Positions 27,801 through 43,300 of a stretch of DNA of 64,000 bases are shown piece after piece. The position numbers and the translations under genes were made by a program. Location of the stretch: NCBI GenBank assembly GCA_964016885.1, contig OZ024743.1, positions 208,692,001-208,756,000 of the forward strand, written 5' to 3'. Source of the DNA: Eledone cirrhosa (lineage: Eukaryota). Within the stretch, counting starts at the first letter, position 1; each line of letters begins with the position of its first letter. Below the pieces are notes generated by a model that was given only the letters and a program-made list of their open reading frames with translations, searched no databases and was not told the DNA's origin.

Positions 27801-30800
27801 ACACATGAAAGCTTTTCATTCCATAAGATATACCACAGTTTACCATCCTATAGCCAGATAAAAGCTCTTCACTCCATAAGATATACCACAGTTTACCATC
27901 CTATAGCCACACATGAAAGCTCTTCACTCCATAAGATATACCACAGTTTACCATCCTATAGCCACGCATGAAAGCTCTTCACTCCATAAGATATACCACA
28001 GTTTACCATCCTATAGCCACACATGAAAGCTCTTCACTCCATAAGATATACCACAGTTTACCATCCTATAGCCAGAAGAAAGCTCTTCACTCCATAAGAT
28101 ATACCACAGTTTACCATCCTATAGCCACAGATGAAAGCTCTTCACTCCATAAGATATACCACAGTTTACCATCCTATAGCCACGCATGAAAGCTCTTCAC
28201 TCCATAAGATATACCACAGTTTACCATCCTATAGCCACACATGAAAGCTCTTCACTCCATAAGATATACCACAGTTTACCATCCTATAGCCACGCATGGA
28301 AGCTCTTCACTCCATGAGATATACCACAGTTTACCATCCTATAGCCAGATGAAAGCTCTTCACTCCATAAGATATACCACAGTTTACCATCCTATAGCCA
28401 CACATGAAAGCTCTTCACTCCATAAGATATACCACAGTTTACCATCCTATAGCCACACATGAAAGTTCTTCACTCCATAAGATATATCACAGTTTACCAT
28501 CCTATAGCCACACATGAAAGCTCTTCACTCCATAAGATATACCACAGTTTACCATCCTATAGCCACACATGAAAGCTCTTCACTCCATAAGATATACCAC
28601 AGTTTACCATCCTATAGCCACACATGAAAGCTCTACACTCCATAAGATATACCACAGTTTACCATCCTATAGCCACAGATGAAAGCTCTTCACTCCATAT
28701 CATATACCACAGTTTACCATCCTATAGCCACACATGAGAGCTCTTCACTCCATAAGATATACCGCAGTTTACAATCCTATAGTCACACATGAAAGCTCTT
28801 CACTCCATAAGATATACCACAGTTTACCATCCTATAGCCACAGATGAAAGCTCTTCACTCCATAACATATACCACAGTTTACCATCCTATAGCCAGATGA
28901 AAGCTCTTCACTCCATAAGATATACCACAGTTTACCATCCTATAGCCACACATGAAAGCTCTTCACTCCATAAGATATACCACAGTTTACCATCCTATAT
29001 CCACACATGAAAGCTCTTCACTCCATAAGATATACCACAGTTTACCATCCTATAGCCAGAGATGAATGCTCTTCACTCCATAAGATATACCACAGTTTAT
29101 CATCCTATAGCCAGATGAAAGCTCTTCACTCCATAAGATATACCACAGCTTACCATCCTATAGCCACGCCACGGATGAAAGCTCTTCACTCCATAAGATA
29201 TACCACAGTTTACCATCCTAGAGCCACAGATGAAAGCTCTTCACTCCATAAGATATACCACAGTTTACCATCATGTGGCCACACATGAAAGCTCTTCACT
29301 CCATAAGATATACCACAGTTTACCATCCTATAGCCACAGATGAAAGCTCTTCACTCCATAAGATATAACACAGTTTACCATCCTATAGCCACACATGAAA
29401 GCTCTTCACTCCATAAGATATACCACAGTTTACCATCCTATAGCCAGATGAAAGCTCTTCACTCCATGAGATATACCACAGTTTACCATCCTATAGCCAC
29501 ACATGAAAGCTTTTCATTCCATAAGATATACCACAGTTTACCATCCTATAGCCAGATAAAAGCTCTTCACTCCATAAGATATACCACAGTTTACCATCCT
29601 ATAGCCACACATGAAAGCTCTTCACTCCATAAGATATACCACAGTTTACCATCCTATAGCCACACATGGAAGCTCTTCACTCCATGAGATATACCACAGT
29701 TTACCATCCTATAGCCACACAAGAAAGCTCTTCACTCCATAAGATATACCACAGTTTACCATCCTATAGCCAGATGAAAGCTCTTCACTCCATAAGATAT
29801 ACCACAGTTTACCATCCTATAGCCACACATGAAAGCTCTTCACTCCATAAGATATACCACAGTTTACCATCCTATAGCCACACATGAAAGGTCTTCACTC
29901 CATAAGATATACCACAGTTTACCATCCTATAGCCACACATGAAAGCTCTTCATTCCATAAGATATACCACAGTTTACCATCCTATAGCCACACATGAAAG
30001 GTCTTCACTCCATAAGATATACCACAGTTTACCATCCTATAGCCACACATGAAAGCTCTTCATTCCATAAGATATACCACAGTTTACCATCCTATAGCCA
30101 CACATGAAAGCTCTTCACTCCATAAGATATACCACAGTTTACCATCCTATAGCCACACATGAAAGCTCTTCACTCCATAAGATATACCACAGTTTACCAT
30201 CCTATAGCCACACATGAAAGCTCTTCACTCCATAAGATATACCACAGTTTACCATCCTATAGCCAGATGAAAGCTCTTCAATCCATAAGATATACCACAG
30301 TTTACCATCCTATAGCCACACATGACAGCTCTTCACTCCATAAGATATACCACAATTTACCATCCTATAGCCACAAATGAAAGCTCTTCACTCCATAAGA
30401 TATACCACAGTTTACCATCCTATAGCCACACATGAAAGCTCTTCACTCCATGAGATATACCACAGTTTACCATCCTATAGCCACACATGAAAGCTCTTCA
30501 CTCCATAAGATATACCACAGTTTACCATCCTATAGCCACACATGGAAGCTCTTCACTCCATGAGATATACCACAGTTTAGCATCCTATAGCCACACATGA
30601 AAGCTCTTCACTCCATAAGATATACCACAGTTTACCATCCTATAGCCAGATGAAAGCTCTTCACTCCATAAGATATACCACAGTTTACCATCCTATAGCC
30701 ACACATGAAAGCTCTTCACTCCATAAGATATACCACAATTTACCATCCTATAGCCACTCATGAAAGCTCTTCACTCAATAAGATATACCACAGTTTACCA

Positions 30801-31700
30801 TCCTATAGCCACAAATGAAACACTTCACTCAATAAGATATACCAAAGTTTAGCATCCTATAGCCAGATGAAAGCTCTTCACTCCATAAGATATACCACAG
30901 TTTACCATACTATAGCCACACATGAAACTCTTCACTCCATAAGATATAACACAGTTTACCATCATATAGCCACAGATGAAAGCTCTTCACTCCATAAAAT
31001 ATACCACAGTTTACAATCCTATAGTCACACATGAAAGCTCTTCACTCCATAAGATATACCACAGTTTACCATCCTATAGCCACACATGAAAGCTCTTCAC
31101 TCCATAAGATATAACACAGTTTACCATCCTATAGCCACACATGGAAGCTCTTCACTCCATGAGATATACCACAGTTTACCATCCTATAGCCACACATGAA
31201 AGCTTTTCATTCCATAAGATATACCACAGTTTACAATCCTATAGCCAGATGAAAGCTCTTCACTCCATAAGATATACCACAGTTTACCATCCTATAGCCA
31301 CAAATGAAAGCTCTTCACTCCATAAGATATACCACAGTTTACCATCCTATAGCCAGATGAAAGCTCTTCACTCCATGAGATATACCACAGTTTACCATCC
31401 TATAGCCACACATGAAAGCTTTTCATTCCATAAGATATACCACAGTTTACCATCCTATAGCCAGATAAAAGCTCTTCACTCCATAAGATATACCACAGTT
31501 TACCATCCTATAGTCACACATGAAAGCTCTTCACTCCATGAGATATACCACAGTTTACCATCCTATAGCCACACATGGAAGCTCTTCACTCCATGAGATA
31601 TACCACAGTTTACCATCCTATAGCCACACATGAAAGCTCTTCACTCCATAAGATATACCACAGTTTACCATCCTATAGCCAGATGAAAGCTCTTCACTCC
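21801..31700. repeat. Block of about 2.9 kb duplicated at a constant 6988-bp offset (21.8-24.7 kb vs 28.8-31.7 kb), with a third copy at ~38.3-41.0 kb
   Basis: ORF pairs 21801/28789, 22019/29007, 22352/29340, 22678/29666, 23171/30159, 24153/31141 and 24587/31575 all differ by 6988. Shared 60-mer, CATCATGTGG, CACAAGAAAG, TTTAGCATCC, G-deletion monomers and CATACTATAG. Confidence 0.9.
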
Positions 31701-34700
31701 ATAAGATATACCACAGTTTACCATCCTATAGCCACAAATGAAAGCTCTTCACTCCATAAGATATACCACAGTTTACCATCCTATAGCCAGATGAAAGCTC
31801 TTCACTCCATGAGATATACCACAGTTTACCATCCTATAGCCACACATGAAAGCTTTTCATTCCATAAGATATACCACAGTTTACCATCCTATAGCCAGAT
31901 AAAAGCTCTTCACTCCATAAGATATACCACAGTTTACCATCCTATAGTCACACATGAAAGCTCTTCACTCCATGAGATATACCACAGTTTACCATCCTAT
32001 AGCCACACATGGAAGCTCTTCACTCCATGAGATATACCACAGTTTACCATCCTATAGCCACACATGAAAGCTCTTCACTCCATAAGATATACCACAGTTT
32101 ACCATCCTATAGGCACATATGAAAGGTCTTCACTCCATAAGATATACCACAGTTTACCATCCTATAGCCACACATGAAAGCTATTCACTCCATAAGATAT
32201 ACCACAGTTTACCATCCTATAGCCACACATGAAAGGTCTTCACTCCATAAGATATACCACAGTTTACCATCCTATAGCCACACATGAAAGCTCTTCACTC
32301 CATAATATATACCACAGTTTACCATCCTATAGCCACACATGAAAGCTCTTCACTCCATAAGATATACCACAGTTTACCATCCTATAGCCACACATGAAAG
32401 CTCTTCACTCCATAAGATATACCATAGTTTACCATCCTATAGCCAGATGAAAGCTCTTCACTCCATAAGATATACCACAGTTTACCATCCTATAGCCACA
32501 CATGAAAGCTCTTCACTCCATAAGATATAACACAGTTTACCATCCTATAGCCACAGATGAAAGCTCTTCACTCCATAAGATATACCACAGTTTACAATCC
32601 TATAGTCACACATGAAAGCTCTTCACTCCATAAGATATACCACAGTTTACCATCCTATAGCCACACATGAAAGCTCTTCACTCCATAAGATATACCACAG
32701 TTTACCATCCTATAGCCACACATGGAAGCTCTTCACTCCATGAAATATACCACAGTTTACCATCCTATAGCCACACATGAAAGCTTTTCATTCCATAAGA
32801 TATACCACAGTTTACCATCCTATAGCCACACATGAAAGCTCTTCACTCCATAAGATATAACACAGTTTACCATCCTATAGCCACAGATGAAAGCTCTTCA
32901 CTCCATAAGATATACCACAGTTTACAATCCTATAGTCACACATGAAAGCTCTTCACTCCATAAGATATACCACAGTTTACCATCCTATAGCCACACATGA
33001 AAGCTCTTCACTCCATAAGATATACCACAGTTTACCATCCTATAGCCACACATGGAAGCTCTTCACTCCATGAGATATACCACAGTTTACCATCCTATAG
33101 CCACACATGAAAGCTTTTCATTCCATAAGATATACCACAGTTTACCATCCTATAGCCAGATGAAAGCTCTTCACTCCATAAGATATACCACAGTTTACCA
33201 TCCTATAGCCACAAATGAATGCTCTTCACTCCATAAGATATACCACAGTTTACCATCCTATAGCCAGATGAAAGCTCTTCACTCCATAAGATATACCACA
33301 GTTTACCATCCTATAGCCACACATGAAAACTTTTCATTCCATAAGATATACCACAGTTTACCATCCTATAGCCAGATAAAAGCTTTTCACTCCATAAGAT
33401 ATACCACAGTTTACCATCCTATAGCCACACATGAAAGGTCTTCACTCCATAAGATATACCACAGTTTACCATCCTATAGCCACACATGAAAGCTCTTCAC
33501 TCCATAAGATATACCACAGTTTACCATCCTATAGCCACACATGAAAGCTCTTCACTCCATAAGATATACCACAGTTTACCATCCTATAGCCACACATGAA
33601 AGCTCTTCACTCCATAAGATATACCACAGTTTACCATCCTATAGCCACACATGAAAGCTCTTCACTCCATAAGATATACCACAATTTACCATCCTATAGC
33701 CACACATGAAAGCTCTTCACTCAATAAGATATACCACAGTTTACCATCCTATAGCCACAAATGAAAGCTCTTCACTCCATAAGATATACCAAAGTTTACC
33801 ATTCTATAGCCAGATGAAAGCTCTTCACTCCATAAGATATACCACAGTTTACCATCCTATAGCCACACATGAAAGCTCTTCACTCCATAAGATATAACAC
33901 AGTTTACCATCCTATAGCCACAGATGAAAGCTCTTCACTCCATAAGATATACCACAGTTTACAATCCTATAGTCACACATGAAAGCTCTTCACTCCATAA
34001 GATATACCACAGTTTACCATCCTATAGCCACACATGAAAGCTCTTCACTCCATAAGATATACCACAGTTTACCATCCTATAGCCACACATGAAAGCTCTT
34101 CACTCCATAAGATATAACACAGTTTACCATCCTATAGCCACAGATGAAAGCTCTTCACTCCATAAGATATACCACAGTTTACCATCCTATAGCCACACAT
34201 GAAAGCTCTTCACTCCATGAGATATACCACAGTTTACCATCCAATAGCCACAAATGAAAGCTCTTCACTCCATAAGATATACCACAGTTTACCATCCTAT
34301 AGCCAGATGAAAGCTCTTCACTCCATGAGATATACCACAGTTTACCATCCTATAGCCACACATGAAAGCTTTTCATTCCATAAGATATACCACAGTTTAC
34401 CATCCTATAGCCAGATAAAAGCTCTTCACTCCATAAGATATACCACAGTTTACCATCCTATAGTCACACATGAAAGCTCTTCACTCCATGAGATATACCA
34501 CAGTTTACCATCCTATAGCCACACATGGAAGCTCTTCACTCCATGAGATATACCACAGTTTACCATCCTATAGCCACACGTGAAAGCTCTTCACTCCATA
34601 AGATATACCACAGTTTACCATCCTATAGCCAGATGAAAGCTCTTCACTCCATAAGATATACCACAGTTTACCATCCTATAGCCACACATGAAAGCTCTTC

Positions 34701-37700
34701 ACTCCATAAGATATACCACAGTTTACCATCCTATAGCCACATATGAAAGGTCTTCACTCCATAAGATATACCACAGTTTACCATCCTATAGCCACACATG
34801 AAAGCTCTTCACTCCATAAGATATACCACAGTTTACCATCCTATAGCCACACATGAAAGGTCTTCACTCCATAAGATATACCACAGTTTACCATCCTATA
34901 GCCACACATGAAAGCTCTTCACTCCATAAGATATAACACAGTTTACCATCCTATAGCCACAGATGAAAGCTCTTCACTCCATAAGATATACCACAGTTTA
35001 CAATCCTATAGTCACACATGAAAGCTCTTCACTCCATAAGATATACCACAGTTTACCATCCTATAGCCACACATGAAAGCTCTTCACTCCATAAGATATA
35101 CAACAGTTTACCATCCTATAGCCAAATGAAAGCTCTTCACTCCATAAGATATACCACAGTTTACCATCCTATAGCCACACATGAAAGCTCTTCACTCCAT
35201 AAGATATACCACAATTTACCATCCTATAGCCACACATGAAAGCTCTTCACTCAATAAGATATTCCACAGTTTACCATCCTATAGCCACAAATGAAAGCTC
35301 TTCACTCCATAAGATATACCATAGTTTACCATCCTATAGCCAGATGAAAGCTCTTCACTCCATAAGATATACCACAGTTTACCATCCTATAGCCACACAT
35401 GAAAGCTCTTCACTCCATAAGATATAACACAGTTTACCATCCTATAGCCACAGATGAAAGCCCTTCACTCCATAAGATATACCACAGTTTACAATCCTAT
35501 AGTCACACATGAAAGCTCTTCACCCCATAAGATATACCACAGTTTACCATCCTATAGCCACACATGAAAGCTCTTCACTCCATAAGATATACCACAGTTT
35601 ACCATCCTATAGCCACACATGGAAGCTCTTCACTCCATGAGATATACCACAGTTTACCATCCTATAGCCACACATGAAAGCTTTTCATTCCATAAGATAT
35701 ACCACAGTTTACCATCCTATAGCCAGATGAAAGCTCTTCACTCCATAAGATATACCACAGTTTACCATCCTATAGCCACAAATGAAAGCTCTTCACTCCA
35801 TAAGATATACCACAGTTTACCATGCTATAGCCAGATGAAAGCTCTTCACTCCATAAGATATACCACAGTTTACCATCCTATAGCCACACATGAAAGCTTT
35901 TCATTCCATAAGATATACCACAGTTTACCATCCTATAGCCAGATAAAAGCTTTTCACTCCATAAGATATACCACAGTTTACCATCCTATAGCCACACATG
36001 AAAGGTCTTCACTCCATAAGATATACCACAGTTTACCATCCTATAGCCACACATGAAAGCTCTTCACTCCATAAGATATACCACAATTTACCATCCTATA
36101 GCCACACATGAAAGCTCTTCACTCCATAAGATATACCACAGTTTACCATCCTATAGCCACACATGAAAGCTCTTCACTCCATAAGATATACCACAGTTTA
36201 TCATCCTATAGCCAAATGAAAGCTCTTTACTCCATAAGATATACCACAGTTTACCATCCTATAGCCACACATGAAAGCTCTTCACTCCATAAGATATAAC
36301 ACAGTTTACCATCCTATAGCCACAGATGAAAGCTCTTCACTCCATAAGATATACCACAGTTTACAATCCTATAGTCACACATGAAAGCTCTTCACTCCAT
36401 AAGATATACCACAGTTTACCATCCTATAGCCACACATGAAAGCTCTTCACTCCATAAGATATACCACAGTTTACCATCCTATAGCCACACATGGAAGCTC
36501 TTCACTCCATGAGATATACCACAGTTTACCATCCTATAGCCACACATGAAAGCTTTTCATTCCATAAGATATACCACAGTTTACCATCCTATAGCCAGAT
36601 GAAAGCTCTTCACTCCATAAGATATACCACAGTTTACTATCCTATAGCCACAAATGAAAGCTCTTCACTCCATAAGATATACCACAGTTTACCATCCTAT
36701 AGCCAGATGAAAGCTCTTCACTCCATAAGATATACCACAGTTTACCATCCTATAGCCACACATGAAAGCTTTTCATTCCATAAGATATACCACAGTTTAC
36801 CATCCTATAGCCAGATAAAAGCTCTTCACTCCATAAGATATACCACAGTTTACCATCCTATAGCCACACATGAAATCTCTTCACTCCATAAGATATACCA
36901 CAGTTTACCATCCTATAGCCACGCATGAAAGCTCTTCACTCCATAAGATATACCACAGTTTACCATCCTATAGCCACATATGAAAGCTCTTCACTCCATA
37001 AGATATACCACAGTTTACCATCCTATAGCCAGATGAAAGCTCTTCACTCCATAAGATAGACCACAGTTTACCATCCTATAGCCACAGATGAAAGCTCTTC
37101 ACTCCCTAAGATATACCACAGTTTACCATCCTATAGCCACGCATGAAAGCTCTTCACTCCATAAGATATACCACAGTTTACCATCCTATAGCCACACATG
37201 AAAGCTGTTCACTCCATAAGATATACCACAGTTTACCATCCTATAGCCACACATGAAAGCTCTTCACTCCATAAGATATACCACAGTTTACCATCCTATA
37301 GCCACACATGAAAGTTCTTCACTCCATAAGATATACCACAGTTTACCATCCTATAGCCACACATGAAAGCTCTTCACTCCATAAGATATACCACAGTTTA
37401 CCATCCTATAGCCACACATGAAAGCTCTTCACTCCATAAGATATACCACAGTTTACCATCCTATAGCCACAGATGAAAGCTCTTCACTCCATATCATATA
37501 CCACAGTTTACCATCCTATAGCCACACATGAGAGCTCTTCACTCCATAAGATATACCGCAGTTTACAATCCTATAGTCACACATGAAAGCTCTTCACTCC
37601 ATAAGATATACCACAGTTTACCATCCTATAGCCACAGACGAAAGCTCTTCACCCCATAAGATATACCACAGTTTACCATCCTATAGCCAAACATGAAAGC

Positions 37701-40373
37701 TCTTCACCCCATAAGATATACCACAGTTTACCATTCTATAGCCAGATGAAAGCTCTTCACTCCGTAAGATATACCACAGTTTACCATCCTATAGCCACAC
37801 ATGAAAGCTCTTCACTCCATAAGATATACCACAGTTTACTATCCTATAGCCACACATGAAAGTTCTTCACTCCATAAGATATACCACAGTTTACCATGCT
37901 ATAGCCACACATGAAAGCTCTTCACTCCATAAGATATACCACAGTTTACCATCCTATAGCCACACATGAAAGCTCTTCACTCCATAAGATATACCACAGT
38001 TTACCATCCTATAGCCACAGATGAAAGCTCTTCACTCCATATCATATACCACAGTTTACCATCCTATAGCCACACATGAGAGCTCTTCACTCCATAAGAT
38101 ATACCGCAGTTTACAATCCTATAGTCACACATGAAAGCTCTTCACTCCATAAGATATACCACAGTTTACCATCCTTAAGCCACAGATGAAAGCTCTTCAC
38201 TCCATAACATATACCACAGTTTACCATCCTATAGCCAGATGAAAGCTCTTCACTCCATAAGATATACCACAGTTTACCATCCTATAGCCACACATGAAAG
38301 CTCTTCACTCCATAAGATATACCACAGTTTACCATCCTATAGCCACAGATGAAAGCTCTTCACTCCATAAGATATACCACAGTTTATCATCCTATAGCCA
38401 GATGAAAGCTCTTCACTCCATAAGATATACCACAGTTTACCATCCTATAGCCACGCCACGGATGAAAGCTCTTCACTCCATCAGATATACCACAGTTTAC
38501 CATCCTAGAGCCACAGATGAAAGCTCTTCACTCCATACGATATACCACAGTTTACCATCATGTGGCCACACATGAAAGATCTTCACTCCATAAGATATAA
38601 CACAGTTTACTATCCTATAGCCACAGATGAAAGCTCTTCACTCCATAAGATATAACACAGTTTACCATCCTATAGCCACACATGAAAGCTCTTCACTCCA
38701 TAAGATATACCACAGTTTACCATCCTATAGCCAGATGAAAGCTCTTCACTCCATGAGATATACCACAGTTTACCATCCTATAGCCACACATGAAAGCTTT
38801 TCATTCCATAAGATATACCACAGTTTACCATCCTATAGCCAGATAAAAGCTCTTCACTCCATAAGATATACCACAGTTTACCATCCTATAGCCACACATG
38901 AAAGCTCTTCACTCCATAAGATAAACCACAGTTTACCATCCTATAGCCACACATGGAAGCTCTTCACTCCATGAGATATACCACAGTTTACCATCCTATA
39001 GCCACACAAGAAAGCTCTTCACTCCATAAGATATACCACAGTTTACCATCCTATAGCCAGATGAAAGCTCTTCACTCCATAAGATATACCACAGTTTACC
39101 ATCCTATAGCCACACATGAAAGCTCTTCACTCCATAATATATACCACAGTTTACCATCCTATAGCCACACATGAAAGGTCTTCACTCCATAAGATATACC
39201 ACAGTTTACCATCCTATAGCCACACATGAAAGCTCTTCACTCCATAAGATATACCACAGTTTACCATCCTATAGCCACACATGAAAGGTCTTCACTCCAT
39301 AAGATATACCACAGTTTACCATCCTATAGCCACACATGAAAGCTCTTCACTCCATAAGATATACCACAGTTTACCATCCTATAGCCACACATGAAAGCTC
39401 TTCACTCCATAAGATATACCACAGTTTACCATCCTATAGCCACACATGAAAGCTCTTCACTCCATAAGATATACCACAGTTTACCATCCTATAGCCAGAT
39501 GAAAGCTCTTCACTCCATAAGATATACCACAGTTTACCATCCTATAGCCACACATGAAAGCTCTTCACTCCATAAGATATACCACAATTTACCATCCTAT
39601 AGCCACAAATGAAAGCTCTTCACTCCATAAGATATACCACAGTTTACCATCCTATAGCCACACATGAAAGCTCTTCACTCCATGAGATATACCACAGTTT
39701 ACCATCCTATAGCCACACATGAAAGCTCTTCACTCCATAAGATATACCACAGTTTACCATCCTATAGCCACACATGGAAGCTCTTCACTCCATGAGATAT
39801 ACCACAGTTTAACATCCTATAGCCACATATGAAAGCTCTTCACTCCATAAGATATACCACAGTTTACCATCCTATAGCCAGATGAAAGCTCTTCACTCCA
39901 TAAGATATACCACAGTTTACCATCCTATAGCCACACATGAAACTCTTCACTCCATAAGATATACCACAATTTACCATCCTATAGCCACACATGAAAGCTC
40001 TTCACTCAATAAGATATACCACAGTTTACCATCCTATAGCCACAAATGAAAGCTCTTCACTCAATAAGATATGCCAAAGTTTACCATCCTATAGCCAGAT
40101 GAAAGCTCTTCACTCCATAAGATATACCACAGTTTACCATACTATAGCCACACATGAAAGCTCTTCACTCCATAAGATATAACACAGTTTACCATCCTAT
40201 AGCCACAGATGAAAGCTCTTCACTCCATAAAATATACCACAGTTTACAATCCTATAGTCACACATGAAAGCTCTTCACTCCATAAGATATACCACAGTTT
40301 ACCATCCTATAGCCACACATGAAAGCTCTTCACTCCATAAGATATACCACAGTTTACCATCCTATAGCCACAC

Positions 40374-43300
40374 ATGGAAGCTCTTCATTCCATGAGATAT
40401 ACCATAGTTTACCATCCTATAGCCACACATGAAAGCTTTTCATTCCATAAGATATTCCACAGTTTACCATCCTATAGCCAGATGAAAGCACTTCGCTCCA
40501 TAAGATATACCACAGTTTACCATCCTATAGCCACAAATGAAAGCTCTTCACTCCATAAGATATACCACAGTTTACCATCCTATAGCCAGATGAAAGCTCT
40601 TCACTCCATGAGATATACCACAGTTTACCATCCTATAGCCACACATGAAAGCTTTTCATTCCATAAGATATACCACAGTTTACCATCCTATAGCCAGATA
40701 AAAGCTCTTCACTCCATAAGATATACCACAGTTTACCATCCTATAGTCACACATGAAAGCTCTTCACTCCATAAGATATACCACAGTTTACCATCCTATA
40801 GCCACACATGGAAGCTCTTCACTCCATGAGATATACCACAGTTTACCATCCTATAGCCACACATGAAAGCTCTTCACTCCATAAGATATACCACAGTTTA
40901 CCATCCTATAGCCAGATGAAAGCTCTTCACTCCATAAGATATACCACAATTTACCATCCTATAGCCACACATGAAAGCTCTTCACTCCATAAGATATACC
41001 ACAGTTTACATCCTATAGCCACATATGAAAGGTCTTCACTCCATAAGATATACCACAGTTTACCATCCTATAGCCACACATGAAAGCTCTTCACTCCATA
41101 AGATATACCACAGTTTACCATCCTATAGCCACACATGAAAGGTCTTCACTCCATAAGATATACCACAGTTTACCATCCTATAGCCACACATGAAAGCTCT
41201 TCACTCCATAAGATATACCACAGTTTACCATCCTATAGCCACACATGAAAGCTCTTCACTCCATAAGATATACCACAGTTTACCATCCTATAGCCACACA
41301 TGAAAGCTCTTCACTCCATAAGATATACCACAGTTTACCATCCTATAGCCAAATGAAAGCTCTTCACTCCATAAGATATACCACAGTTTACCATCCTATA
41401 GCCACACATGAAAGCTCTTCACTCCATAAGATATACCACAATTTACCATCCTATAGCCACACATGAAAGCTCTTCACTCAATAAGATATACCACAGTTTA
41501 CCATCCTATAGCCACAAATGAAAGCTCTTCACTCCATAAGATATACCATAGTTTACCATCCTATAGCCAGATGAAAGCTCTTCACTCCATAAGATATACC
41601 ACAGTTTACCATCATATAGCCACACATGAAAGCTCTTCATTCCATAAGATATAACACAGTTTACCATCCTATAGCCACAGATGAAAGCTCTTCACTCCAT
41701 AAGATATACCACAGTTTACAATCCTATAGTCACACATGAAAGCTCTTCACTCCATAAGATATACCACAGTTTACCATCCTATAGCCACACATGAACGCTC
41801 TTCACTCCATAAGATATACCACAGTTTACCATCCTATAGCCACACATGGAAGCTCTTCACTCCATGAGATATACCACAGTTTACCATCCTATAGCCACAC
41901 ATGAAAGCTTTTCATTCCATAAGATATACCACAGTTTACCATCCTATAGCCAGATGAAAGCTCTTCACTCCATAAGATATACCACAGTTTACCATCCTAT
42001 AGCCACAAATGAAAGCTCTTCACTCCATAAGATATACCACAGTTTACCATCCTATAGCCAGATGAAAGCTCTTCACTCCATAAGATATACCACAGTTTAC
42101 CATCCTATAGCCACACATGAAAGCTTTTCATTCCATAAGATATACCACAGTTTACCATCCTATAGCCAGATAAAAGCTTTTCACTCCATAAGATATACCA
42201 CAGTTTACCATCCTATAGCCACACATGAAAGGTCTTCACTCCATAAGATATACCACAGTTTACCATCCTATAGCCACACATGAAAGCTCTTCACTCCATA
42301 AGATATACCACAGTTTACCATCCTATAGCCACACATGAAAGCTCTTCACTCCATAAGATATACCACAGTTTACCATCCTATAGCCACACATGAAAGCTCT
42401 TCACTCCATAAGATATACCACAGTTTACCATCCTATAGCCAAATGAAAGCTCTTCAGTCCATAAGATATACCACAGTTTACCATCCTATAGCCACACATG
42501 AAAGCTCTTCACTCCATAAGATATACCACAATTTACCATCCTATAGCCACACATGAAAGCTCTTCACTCAATAAGATATACCACAGTTTACCATCCTATA
42601 GCCACAAATGAAAGCTCTTCACTCCATAAGATATACCAAAGTTTACCATCCTATAGCCAGATGAAAGCTCTTCACTCCATAAGATATACCACAGTTTACC
42701 ATCCTATAGCCACACACGAAAGCTCTTCACTCCATAAGATATAACACAGTTTACCATCCTATAGCCACAGATGAAAGCTCTTCACTCCATAAGATATACC
42801 ACAGTTTACAATCCTATAGTCACACATGAAAGCTCTTCACTCCATAAGATATACCACAGTTTACCATCCTATAGCCACAGATGAAAGCTCTTCACTCCCT
42901 AAGATATACCACAGTTTACCATCCTATAGCCACGCATGAAAGCTCTTCACTCCATAAGATATACCACAGTTTACGATCCTATAGCCACAAATGAAAGCTC
43001 TTCACTCCATAAGATATACCACAGTTTACCATCCTATAGCCACACATGGAAGCTCTTCATTCCATGAGATATACCATAGTTTACCATCCTATAGCCACAC
43101 ATGAAAGCTTTTCATTCCATAAGATATTCCACAGTTTACCATCCTATAGCCAGATGAAAGCACTTCGCTCCATAAGATATACCACAGTTTACCATCCTAT
43201 AGCCACAAATGAAAGCTCTTCACTCCATAAGATATACCACAGTTTACCATCCTATAGCCAGATGAAAGCTCTTCACTCCATGAGATATACCACAGTTTAC

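Noticed and set aside
41001-41020. Single-base deletion TTTACATCC, and the extra A in ATAAAAAGC near 26990, as meaningful variants
   Set aside because: Both are singletons in short homopolymers and absent from the paralogous copies (e.g. ~43680 is intact). They cannot be distinguished from sequencing error.
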